Shown in pieces: positions 49,625 to 61,600 of a stretch of 64,000 bases of DNA. The notes beneath the pieces are model-generated. The model was not told the origin of the DNA, ran no database searches, and was given only the letters and a program-made list of their open reading frames with translations. The DNA comes from Octopus sinensis. Lineage: Eukaryota. Location: assembly GCF_006345805.1 (NCBI RefSeq), contig NC_043000.1, positions 147,932,001 through 147,996,000 on the forward strand, given 5' to 3'. The position numbers and the translations under genes were made by a program. Every line of letters starts with the position of its first letter. The stretch's first letter is position 1.

Positions 49625-50760
49625 AAGAACACACTTCTTCTATTGGTGTTGCAGTGCTTGGATTAGATTGGTGAAAAATATCCTGTTGATCAAAATAGTC
49701 ACTAGCAGATATGATGTCATCATCACAGCCAAGTACTTTTTCTTGTTGGGAAATGGATGATAGTCAGATGGGGCTAAATTAGAACAGGGATAGAGATCAA
49801 TCAGTTCAAAGCCATAGTCATGCACAGTAGCCTTTAAAACCAAGGACTTGTGTGCTGGAGTATTTTCCTGATGAACGGTTTTCCTGGGCATTTGGTCTTG
49901 ACAGGCTTTTGTAACTACCTCAGCAAGTTGGCATCCATTGATGGTGTGGCCCATTTGAAAATAGCTAATAAGCACAATAGTTTTTGCATCTCAAAGAAAC
50001 TGAAGCCATCACATTCCTTGCAGATAAAACAACCTTGGTCTTCTTTGGAACAGGTGAGGAGGGATGTTTCCACTGTATATATTGTTTCTGTCACTGGTTC
50101 AAAGTGATGAACCCAAAACTCATCCTGGGTTAGGAAATGTTCAAGGAAACCAGCTGGATCTGCCTCAGACAAGGTCAGAGAGATTTTCCTATGATGGAAT
50201 CAGTCCGGTGCACTTTTGATCAGGTGTCCAAAGACGTGGTACCCACCAAACAGAAACCTTCATCATGTCAAGTTCATTGAACAGAATATTCTCGATTCTT
50301 TCACAGGATATGCTAAATGCATTGGCTATTTGATTTATAGTCAATCACCTGTCATCCATCACGATGTGGTGAACACAAATCAATGTTTTCTTCAGGGATG
50401 GAAGTTGCAGGATGTCTATCTTCAAGACACCCCCATCCCCTCCTAAATTCAACTTCTCACTTTTGCACTGTTGGTAAATCTGGAATGCCATCCCCTAATT
50501 TAGAAACAATATCAGCATGAATGTCCTTTGGGGTTGAACCCATTTTTTGCAGGTACACCATGATACCAAATTTTGTCCATTTTCAAGAGAAGTTGCTACT
50601 ACTTACTTTTGAAGTCTTCTTTGAACAGTCATATGTCAATTTATCTGGAAAGAAACACTGTTGTTATTAAGAAGAGCTGAATTTAATGCATGCAAGATTT
50701 CGCAGCTCTAGCAACATTCCTTCATAGTCAGCCTATGAACTTTTCAGCCCACCCTTGTAC
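49625..50760 (-). mobile_element. Degenerate mariner (second family)
   Basis: Minus-strand terminus TACAAGGGTGGGCTGAAAAGTTC; FLTQDEFWVHHFEP, HQENTPAHKS, NLAPSDYHPFPN motifs. Confidence 0.85.
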
Positions 50761-51229
50761 TTTTGGCAAGATTTCATGCTGGTGTCAACCAATTAGCAGA
50801 GTGAATGTGAGATTTAAAGAGACATGCTTTTGTGAGAACCAACAGAAGCAGGTAATTGTTCCGGATTCATTTGGCTGCTTTCGATTCACTCAGTTAAGCA
50901 TAAAAAATGAAATGTTGAATAAAAAGTTCTATTTGAATGAGAAATATTTGGCTGAGTCAACGTCAGTGAAAGTATCAGAAATAGATATTTTCCACAGTTT
51001 GTGTTTTTGTGTATCATTGTGTCTATTGTGTCTATGTGTCTTTGTCTACTTCGATGTAGGTTTCTTGTTCTTATTGATCTTCCATATTTTGCCAGCCTTG
51101 GTCTCAGTTGAATAGTTAACAAGAAGTAAATGTTGTGTGTATATATCTGTTCATTGCATGTTATTGTGAGATAGCAAGTAGCCTTAATTCCAGATAGGAA
51201 GTTGGCAGTCATTTCACTAATTAAAGAAT

Positions 51230-51460
51230 GATGGCGAGCTGGCAGACACCTTAGCGCGCCGGGCGAAATGCTTAGCGGTATTTCGTCTGTCGTTACGTTC
51301 TGAGTTCAAATTCCGCCGAGGTCAACTTTGCCTTTCATCCTTTAGGGATCGATAAATAAAGTACCAGTTTCGCACTGGGGGCGATATAATCGACTCAATC
51401 CCTTCGTCTGTCCTTGTTTGTCCCCTCTATGTTTAGCCCCTTGTGAGCAGTAAAGAAATA
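51230..51460 (+). mobile_element. SINE family 2, full length
   Basis: Collinear with 19775-20020. Confidence 0.9.
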
Positions 51461-51639
51461 GATATATATTTGTTGAATTACCAAGTACAAGGTGGTATTT
51501 ATATCTTTTTGCTTGCAGGGTTAACCAAAGAATTAAATGCTTATTAGTACTGTGTTCCTGTTGGATCACCAAATATAACTTGGGGTAAAAGTTGATGGAA
51601 GAGAGAGAACCTTAGTTCTTCTTCATCTTCTTTAGTTTC

Positions 51640-52720
51640 CTCATCATTTTTCTAAGGAAGGATATCATTGTTATTCATTGTTATCTTCCTCCAAACCTGT
51701 TTTCATTATTTTATGCTGAGTCTTCTAATGAAGAGTCAGCTTGTGTTTTCTCTTTTTGTTTCTTCCTTTCATATTTTCTCTGATTGTAGATTTCATCCTA
51801 AACTTTATTTTTGTCTCCATTGTTATATAAGAATGGAGTGGTTCTACAGGCTGCCAAGAAAAGGAGGTGAGGTGTTTGCTCATCAGTTTCTAACAGGTAT
51901 TTCTGTTACTATCTGCAGAGTTTTGGCTGGTGGTGTTCTGGAGACTGGGGTTTGTTCTTTTTGCTGTCTCGGGTGATCATTATCATTTTTGTTTTTCTCT
52001 CATCCTCTCTCTTAGCTTAGTCATTCCAGTTCTTCTAAGTAATCAGCTCTGATCTGAAGAGATTCTTACTTTGACAAATGTAGCAACTAGACACTTTTTG
52101 CCCTGTATCATCAATAATCTGCCTTTTGTCTTGGTGTCTTAAACTAGGTGCAGTTCCAGTTTAGCTTTGTAGAATTGGAGACCTTGGAGGGAAAATTAGG
52201 CCTTGCAAATCCATTTTACATCCTCTGACCAAATGTTAGCCCCTATTACCCTTGTTTTAATCACACTCTCATACTGCAACACAAAAGTGACTACTAACCA
52301 TAGATCTATGTTGTTTCCAATGTCCCTTATCATCACTCATATATTTCTTTGTCCTATATTCTGAGACACAAAAGTATAGTCAGGCTGTGTTTTAGATGAG
52401 TTTTCAGTTTTGAAGTTACAGCTGACAGCACCTTGACTTTTGTTTTTTAGAGTTATGCGGATTTCCCCTGAGATGTCCTGAAATGCTTATAGTACATCTT
52501 GCAAAAGCATATTTAGTCTATTTCCATCCTTTTGAAAGCTTAGGTATCTCATTTTTCTCTTTGATTCCTATTGTATTAACTCCTGCAGCAAAGGAATATT
52601 ATTCATTGCAAATTTCTCCCAACCACATTCTATTTTCTTGTAAGAGTGATAAGTCTAAAAATTCTGTTTGTTCAGATTCTGTTGAGGAAAGTTCAATTTG
52701 ATGTAGTGCTTCTACACTGT
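51640..52720 (-). mobile_element. Possible degenerate LINE ORF1 relic
   Basis: Purine-rich minus strand with SCYICQSKNLFRSEL, resembling a decayed CCHC zinc knuckle. Confidence 0.3.
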
Positions 52721-53211
52721 TTGGCTCTATACAAGAATTGCCACTACTACTGTTGTTATTACTTTTGCTATCTTTGAAACTACTTGTTTGAGTATCTGAG
52801 ACAGTTTTATTTTCATCTATTAAATGATAAACTGTTCATTTTCTAAACTGTTTATTTTCTCTTTCTTTTGTTCATTCAGTTGTATGGTTTGGTTTTGTAT
52901 TGATTTTTATATTTTCTTGTGTGATGATCAGTCATGTGACATGAATAAATTTGATAGTAATTTTGGGTATGAAAATGTAATGTGCTTAAATAAATGAATC
53001 TTAAATTTTTGTGAAACAAATCTATTTTTTGTTTTTGTCTACTACCCAGGTATTGAGGACAGGTTTACCTTAAGTAATTATAGTTCTTTTTCACAAGTAA
53101 TCCCTAGAAAATTTTATTTAGTAATGCTTAAATAAATTCTGTCTCAAAGAAGAAAGAACAATGACATTATCACATTACAAGAGCCAAATAACAATAACAA
53201 TGATGATCCTT

Positions 53212-53415
53212 TCTACTAAAGGCACAAGGCCTGAAATTTTGGGGGAGGGGACTAGTTGATTACATTAACCCCAGTGTTCAACTAGTACTTATTTTATCAG
53301 CTCTCAAAAGGGTGAAAGGCAAAGTCAACCTCGGTGGAATTTTTAACTCAGAAAGTAAAGATAGACAAAATGCTGCTAAGCATTTTGCCTAGTGTGCTAA
53401 CAATTCTGGTAGCTC

Positions 53416-53457
<42 letters not shown>

Positions 53458-53507
53458 TAATAATAATAATAATAATGATGATGATGATGATAATGATAAT
53501 AATGATG

Positions 53508-53565
<58 letters not shown>

Positions 53566-53692
53566 TGGTTTCAAATTTTGCCACAAGGGCAACAATTTGT
53601 GGGGAAGGGATGGGTCGATTACATTGACCCCAGTGCAAAACTGGTACTTATTTATCAACCCCGAAAGGATGAAAGGCAAAGTCAACCTTGGC
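53212..53692 (-). mobile_element. Two SINE family 2-related fragments flanking an (AAT/GAT)n tract
   Basis: GAAAGGCAAAGTCAACCT core at ~53315 and ~53672. Confidence 0.75.
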
Positions 53693-53779
53693 CTTAATGT
53701 TTTCTTTTATTCTTAATAACTCTTTCTAATTTTGGCACAAGGCCAACAATTTTCAAGTGAGTGGGAGGAAGGGGAGAGA

Positions 53780-54190
53780 AAGGATCTACAAATGTTGGGA
53801 CTCACAGAGGGGATGACAGGGGACTGAGACTCCTGATGGTTTGCTGTGCTTGAGTAGACAAGTCAAGCTAAGTAAAAGCATAGTTGTCCTTGTAAACAGG
53901 CTCACTGCCTGCAACCCTCTCCAGCTGAGTATCCCTAATCTCACGGGCTTGTAGGTGGTGGTGCCACGTAAAAAGCACCCATGCTAGTGCTGTGTAAAAG
54001 CACCCAGTACACTGTGTACTGGGTGCTTAGATGAGCTTAGAATTGGCATTGGAAAGGGCATCCAGCTGTAGAAACGATTGTGTCAAAACAGACAGAGAGC
54101 CTGAACAGCCCTTCAGCTGGTCAGCTCCTTTCAAACAATCCATCCCATGCCATCATGAAAAACAGATGTTAGATGATGATGATGATGATG
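53780..54190 (+). mobile_element. RTE LINE 3' end
   Basis: KDLQMLGLTEGMTGD peptide, UTR and (GAT)n tail; 14-bp perfect hairpin at 53998-54028. Confidence 0.8.
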
Positions 54191-54357
54191 AGGTAATACT
54201 CGACTGGTACTTTATTTTATCGACCCTGAGAGGATATTTTTGACTGCAGTAGAATTAGAGCTCAGAATGTAAAGAGACAGAAGAGATGCTGCCAAGCAAA
54301 TGATTCTGACAGCTCACCACCTTTCATTTACTCTTTATAATGATGTGGTGATGTGCC

Positions 54358-54978
54358 ATCATCATCATCATCATTATCATCATCGTTTAACGTCCGCTTT
54401 CGATGCTAGCATGGGTTGGACGATTTGACTGAGGACTGGCGAACCAGATAGCTGCACCAGGCTCCAATCTGATCTGGCAGAGTTTCTATAGCTGGATGCC
54501 CTTCCTATCGCCAACCACTTTGATAGTGTAGTGGGTGCTTTTATGTGCCATCGGCATGAGGGTCAGTCAGGCAGTATTGGCAATGGTCACGCTCAAATGG
54601 TGTTTTTTACATGCCACCTGCACAGGAGCCTGTCTAGCAGCACTGGAAACGACCTTGTTCGAATGTTTTTTCTCATGCCACCGGCACAAGCGCCAGTAAA
54701 GTGACGCTGGTAACGATCACTCTCGAATGGTGCTTTTTACGTGCCACTGGCATGGAAGCCAGTTAGATGCTTTGGCAACGATCACGCTTGGATGGTGCTC
54801 TTAGCGCTCCACTAGCACAGATGCTAGTCATCGAATTTGATTTCAAGTTCACTTGCCTCGACAGGTCTTCACAAGCAGATTTTAGTGTCCAATGAAGGAA
54901 AGGTACATATAAGTGGGCTGGTTACACCCCTGGCATAGGCCACGAGGTTATGGTCTCACTTGGCTTGCCGGGTCTTAT
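54358..54978 (-). mobile_element. RTE LINE 3' end with internal repeat units
   Basis: Collinear with 10646-11430. Confidence 0.9.
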
Positions 54979-55349
54979 GTACTGCAATGTTGTGTTTCGC
55001 CTCAAGTTGACTCCAATTATTCAGACTATCCTGTCTCTTAAAGGATATCAAGGACTACTTAATCTAATGTGCTCTTCCTTTCTTTTCCTGACAGTAAAGT
55101 GTTTGCTGCTTTTTCTAGCAGGTCAAGCAACAAGGTACAGACTCCTTCATTGATTCACACATAAGTCTAATGTAATGAAGTGTTGTGCATTTTTTCGTGT
55201 GATACTATCCTTCATGTGAATGTTAAGCTCCATTAAATCTAAATGATACCAATATTCCAATAGTTTCACATCTGCTGCTTAATTTGTTCCTTTTGTAGTT
55301 GGATAATCCTTCCATCTGGCACCACATGGAGGTAGCCATGCTATCACAT

Positions 55350-55725
55350 TTTTTGCTGCAGTTCTTGCTTTTATTATTTTTGTTATTGTTGTTTATTCTT
55401 CTTTTTCTTCTCCCTCTCTCTCTCTCTTTGTTTCCCTTTCCATCCTTTCTCTTCTCTTCTCTCGCCTTCCCCATCTCTCTCTTCTCACTATACACTTCTC
55501 TCTTTCCCCCACTTCCATCTATCTCTCTTGCTTTCCTTTTCTACTTTTTCTCCCGCTCCTCTGCCTCTATCTCTTGATCTTTCTCCCTATTTTCCTGCCC
55601 CTTCCTCTCCTTTTCTCTCCCCTCTCCCTGTCTCCCCCTTATCTGTTCTCCTCCTCTCCTTTCATCTACTCCCTTACTACTCCTTTTCCTTCTCCACCCT
55701 CTCTACTAGCATTTTTACTACTACC
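55350..55725. repeat. Polypyrimidine (CT-rich) tract
   Basis: Direct reading. Confidence 0.85.
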
Positions 55726-56149
55726 ATACAGTTCTGATATTTATTTAACTGTAATTTCGTTTGAATTTCTTTGGTGCAGTATTGATGATTTTTTTTTCTC
55801 CTTACCTGATACCAACCTATACCTAAATGACAGGTGACTCAAAACAAGCCTCTGGATGCAGAGGCAGTGGAACAGCAGTGATGATGGTGGGTGGTGATGG
55901 TGGTGGTGGTGGTGATGGTGGTGGTGGAGGGATACGGTGGTGGTGGTGGTACAGGGATGTCAGCTGTTGACATGTTACGTTACAAAGGCTAGCTCTTCTG
56001 TACGCACGTTTACATGTGTATATATATATGTGTGTACACATGTGTGTCTATATATATATGTTAGCATCTCTATATACCTGCATGTATATGCATGTGAATA
56101 TGCATATAAATGTGCATTTATTTGTATAAATATTTCTATATGCATATAG

Positions 56150-56472
56150 AAATATGCAAGCACGTTTTTGTATTCTTTTCATTTGCGTGTACATGCGTGC
56201 ATGTTAGCATTTATTTATGTGTGCATGTGTATGCACACATGTGGATGTGTAAATAAATGTGTATGTTTACACTTGTGTATGTATATTTTCATTTGTATAT
56301 GTATGTTCATGTGTGTATGTGTATAGCTGTACATGTTTGAATGTGTACAGCTATGTATGTCTGTGCGTGTGAATGTGTATAAGAGTGTATGTTTTAATTT
56401 GCATATGATATCTGTGTGTGTGTATATATGTACGTGTGTATATTTTCCTTTATATATATATATATTTCTTCC

Positions 56473-56536
<64 letters not shown>

Positions 56537-56655
56537 TTTATATATGTGTGTATGTGTGTGTGCATGTGTGTATTTTTATTGCATATTGTATATATATATA
56601 TATATATATGTTATGGGTGTGTATTTTCATTTGTATATGTATCTCTCTCTCTCTT

Positions 56656-56699
<44 letters not shown>

Positions 56700-56907
56700 A
56701 ATGTGTGTATATTTTTATTTGTATATGTTTCCCTGTGTTCTTGTTTTTGTTTGTGTATGTATGCATATATGAATGTGAATATGTGTGTATGTCTTCAATG
56801 GTATACATTTTCATATGTGTATGTATTTAGATGTGTATATGAATATCTATGTTTTGAATTTGTAAATGCATACAACAAGTATGTGTATTTTGTATTTCAA
56901 TACGTTT

Positions 56908-56955
<48 letters not shown>

Positions 56956-57525
56956 TGTGTATGAGTGTGTGTGTGTTTGTGTGAGTGTGTGTGTGTGAGT
57001 GTGTATGTGTGAGTGTGTGTGTGAGTATGTGTGTGAGTGTGTGTGTGAGTGTGTGTGTGAGTATGTGTGTGAGTGTGTGTGTGAGTGCGTGTGTGTATGT
57101 GAGTGTGTGTGTGAGTACGTGTGTGAGTGTGTGTGTGAGTGTGTGTGTGAGTATGTGTGTGAGTGTGTGTGTGAGTGCGTGTGTGTGTGTGTGTGTGGTG
57201 TGTGTGTGAGTACGTGTGTGAGTGTGTGTGTGAGTGTGTGTGTGAGTATGTGTGTGAGTGTGTGTGTGTGTGCGTGTGTGTGTGTGTGAGTGTGTGTGTG
57301 AGTACGTGTGTGAGTGTGTGTATGAGTGTGTGTGTGTTTGTGTGAGTGTGTGTGTGTGAGTGTGTGTGTGTGTGAGTGTGTGTGTGAGTATGTGTGTGAG
57401 TGTGTGTGTGAGTGTGTGTGTGAGTATGTGTGTGTGAGTGTGTGTGTGAGTGCGTGTGTGTGTTGAGTGTGTGTGTGTGTACGTGTGTGTGTGTGTGTGT
57501 GTGTACGTGTGTGTGTGTATGTGTT
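56150..57525. repeat. TG/TA-rich low complexity with a (GTGTGTGTGAGT)-type higher-order microsatellite at 56940-57520
   Basis: Direct reading. Confidence 0.9.
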
Positions 57526-57918
57526 TTCTATAATTTTAGCACACTTCAGCTAGAATCTGTTATGTTATGATTTTGGTAATTGATGGAGCACTGCTACAGA
57601 ACGTGTATACGTGAATGTGCGTCTGTATAATGTGTGTATGTGCATACATGTGTGTGTGTATGTATGCATGTATGTGTATCTGTATATGTGATATGTGTGT
57701 GTGTGTAACTATGCTTTATGCAAGGAAGAGGTGGGAACGATGCTTTGAAGAGTTGAGGATCACATGACAAATTTATGATGTGTTCTATATGAAATTATTT
57801 TATGCTTCTAGGTGATAGCGAAAGCTGTTGTGGTGACAATGGTGGTGGTGGTAGCGGTGGTGGTGGTTGTGGGGGTGATATATTGGTTTGAAATTCACAC
57901 GGATACATATTAACTCTG

Positions 57919-57961
<43 letters not shown>

Positions 57962-58069
57962 CTGATGCATTCATAACAATTATAAAACATCTAAAACAAT
58001 GCAAAAAAAAACCCTGCATAACAACTAGAATCACTATTTTAATCTAAAAGTAATATTAAGATTAACATC

Positions 58070-58303
58070 ATCAGTGATAGTTGCATCATCATCATCATCA
58101 TCATCACGTCATCATCGTCATCCTCTTTATCATCATCATCATCGTCGTCGTCGTCGTCATCACCATTATCATCATCATCATCGTCATCATCATCGTCATC
58201 ATCATCATCACCACCATCATCATCATCATCATCATCTTCGTCGTCGTCGTCGTCATCATCATCATCATCTTCATCATCATTGTCATCGTCATCATCATCA
58301 TCG

Positions 58304-58366
<63 letters not shown>

Positions 58367-58530
58367 GTAATAGCAGCAGTGGCAGTGGTGATATCAGTAG
58401 CAATATGATCATCATCTTTTTCATCATCATCCTCACCACCTTCAGCATCATTTCTAGTACCACTTATGTAACCACCATCACCACCACGACCACCACCACC
58501 ACCACCACAATCGTCATCATCAACATCATA
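58070..58530. repeat. (CAT/CGT/CAC)n trinucleotide tract
   Basis: Direct reading. Confidence 0.95.
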
Positions 58531-58610
58531 AGCGCAAATCTAACCATTGCCAACACTAGTAGAACACAATTACTGAAAGCTGCAGGTATAGCGATGACAA
58601 TGTTACAGAA

Positions 58611-61600
58611 ATAGTGACAAAGATTGCAGCTGCAGTGGCAACAACATCACAACAGTAGTGACAATGATTGCAGCTGCAGTGACAACATCACAACTGTAGT
58701 GACAACGATTGCAGCTGCAGTGACAGCAACATCACAACAGTAGTGACAATGATTGCAGCTGCAGTGACAGCAACATCACAACAGTAGTGACAATGATTGC
58801 AGCTGCAGTGAAAACAACATCACAACAGTAGTGACAAAGATTGCAGCTGCAGTGACAGCAACATCACAACAGTAGTGACAAAGATTGCAGCTGCAGTGAC
58901 AACAACATCACAACAGTAGTGACAAAGATTGCAGCTGCAGTGACAGCAACATCACAACAGTAGTGACAAAGATTGCAGCTGCAGTGACAACAACATCACA
59001 ACAGTAGTGACAATGATTGCAGCTGCAGTGACAACAACATCACAACAGTAGTGACAATGATTGCAGCTGCAGTGACAACATCACTACAGTAGTGACAACG
59101 ATTGCAGCTGCAGTGACAGCAACATCACAACAGTAGTGACAATGATTGCAGCTGCAGTGACAGCAACATCACAACAGTAGTGAAAATGATTGCAGCTGCA
59201 GTGGCAACAACATCACAACAGTAGTGACAATGATTGCAGCTGCAGTGACAGCAACATCACAACAGTAGTGACAATGATTGCAGCTGCAGTGACAACAACA
59301 TCACAACAGTAGTGACAATGATTGCAGCTGCAGTGACAACAACATCACAACAGTAGTGACAACGATTGCAGCTGCAGTGACAACAACATCACAACAGTAG
59401 TGACAATGATTGCAGCTGCAGTGACAACAACATCACAACAGTAGTGACAACGATTGCAGCTGCAGTGACAACAACAACATCACAACAGTAGTGACAATGA
59501 TTGCAGCTGCAGTGACAACAACATCACAACAGTAGTGACAATGATTGCAGCTGCAGTGACAACAACATCACAACAGTAGTGACAATGATTGCAGCTGCAG
59601 TGACAACAACATCACAACAGTAGTGACAATGATTGCAGCTGCAGTGACAACAACATCACAACAGTAGTGACAATGATTGCAGCTGCAGTGACAGAAACAT
59701 CACAACAGTAGTGACAATGATTGCAGCTGCAGTGACAACAACATCACAACAGTAGTGACAATGATTGCAGCTGCAGTGACAGCAACATCACAACAGTAGT
59801 GACAACGATTGCAGCTGCAGTGACAGCAACATCACAACAGTAGTGACAATGATTGCAGCTGCAGTGACAGCAACATCACAACAGTAGTGACAACGATTGC
59901 AGCTGCAGTGACAGCAACATCACAACAGTAGTGACAATGATTGCAGCTGCAGTGACAGCAACATCACAACAGTAGTGACAACGATTGCAGCTGCAGTGAC
60001 AGCAACATCACAACAGTAGTGACAATGATTGCAGCTGCAGTGACAACAACATCACAACAGTAGTGACAACGATTGCAGCTGCAGTGACAGAAACATCACA
60101 ACAGTAGTGACAATGATTGCAGCTGCAGTGACAACAACATCACAACAGTAGTGACAATGATTGCAGCTGCAGTGACAACAACATCACAACAGTAGTGACA
60201 ACGATTGCAGCTGCAGTGACAACAACATCACAACAGTAGTGACAATGATTGCAGCTGCAGTGACAACAACATCACAACAGTAGTGACAACGATTGCAGCT
60301 GCAGTGACAGAAACATCACAACAGTAGTGACAATGATTGCAGCTGCAGTGACAACAACATCACAACAGTAGTGACAACGATTGCAGCTGCAGTGACAGAA
60401 ACATCACAACAGTAGTGACAATGATTGCAGCTGCAGTGACAACATCACAACAGTAGTGACAATGATTGCAGCTGCAGTGACAACAACATCACAACAGTAG
60501 TGACAATGATTGCAGCTGCAGTGACAACAACATCACAACAGTAGTGACAATGATTGCAGCTGCAGTGACAACAACATCACAACAGTAGTGACAACGATTG
60601 CAGCTGCAGTGACAACAACATCACAACAGTAGTGACAATGATTGCAGCTGCAGTGACAACAACATCACAACAGTAGTGACAATGATTGCAGCTGCAGTGA
60701 CAACATCACAACAGTAGTGACAATGATTGCAGCTGCAGTGACAACAACATCACAACAGTAGTGACAACGATTGCAGCTGCAGTGACAGAACATCACACAG
60801 TAGTGACAACGATTGCAGCTGCAGTGACAGAAACATCACAACAGTAGTGACAATGATTGCAGCTGCAGTGACAACAACATCACAACAGTAGTGACAACGA
60901 TTGCAGCTGCAGTGACAGAAACATCACAACAGTAGTGACAATGATTGCAGCTGCAGTGACAACAACATCACAACAGCAGTGACAATGATTGCAGCTGCAG
61001 TGACAGAAACATCACAACAGCAGTGACAATGATTGCAGCTGCAGTGACAGAAACATCACAACAGTAGTGACAATGATTGCAGCTGCAGTGACAACAACAT
61101 CACAACAGCAGTGACAATGATTGCAGCTGCAGTGACAACAAAATCACAACAGTAGTGACAATGATTGCAGCTGCAGTGGCAACAACATCACAACAGTAGT
61201 GACAATGATTGCAGCTGCAGTGACAACAACATCACAACAGTAGTGACAATGATTGCAGCTGCAGTGGCAACAACATCACAACAGTAGTGACAATGATTGC
61301 AGCTGCAGTGACAGCAACATCACAACAGTAGTGACAATGATTGCAGCTGCAGTGACAGAAACATCACAACAGTAGTGACAAAGATTGCAGCTGCAGTGAC
61401 AACAACATCACAACAGCAGTGACAATGATTGCAGCTGCAGTGACAGAAACATCACAACAGTAGTGACAACGATTGCAGCTGCAGTGACAGAAACATCACA
61501 ACAGTAGTGACAATGATTGCAGCTGCAGTGGCAACAACATCACAACAGTAGTGAATGATTGCAGCTGCAGTGACAGCAACATCACAACAGTAGTGACAAT

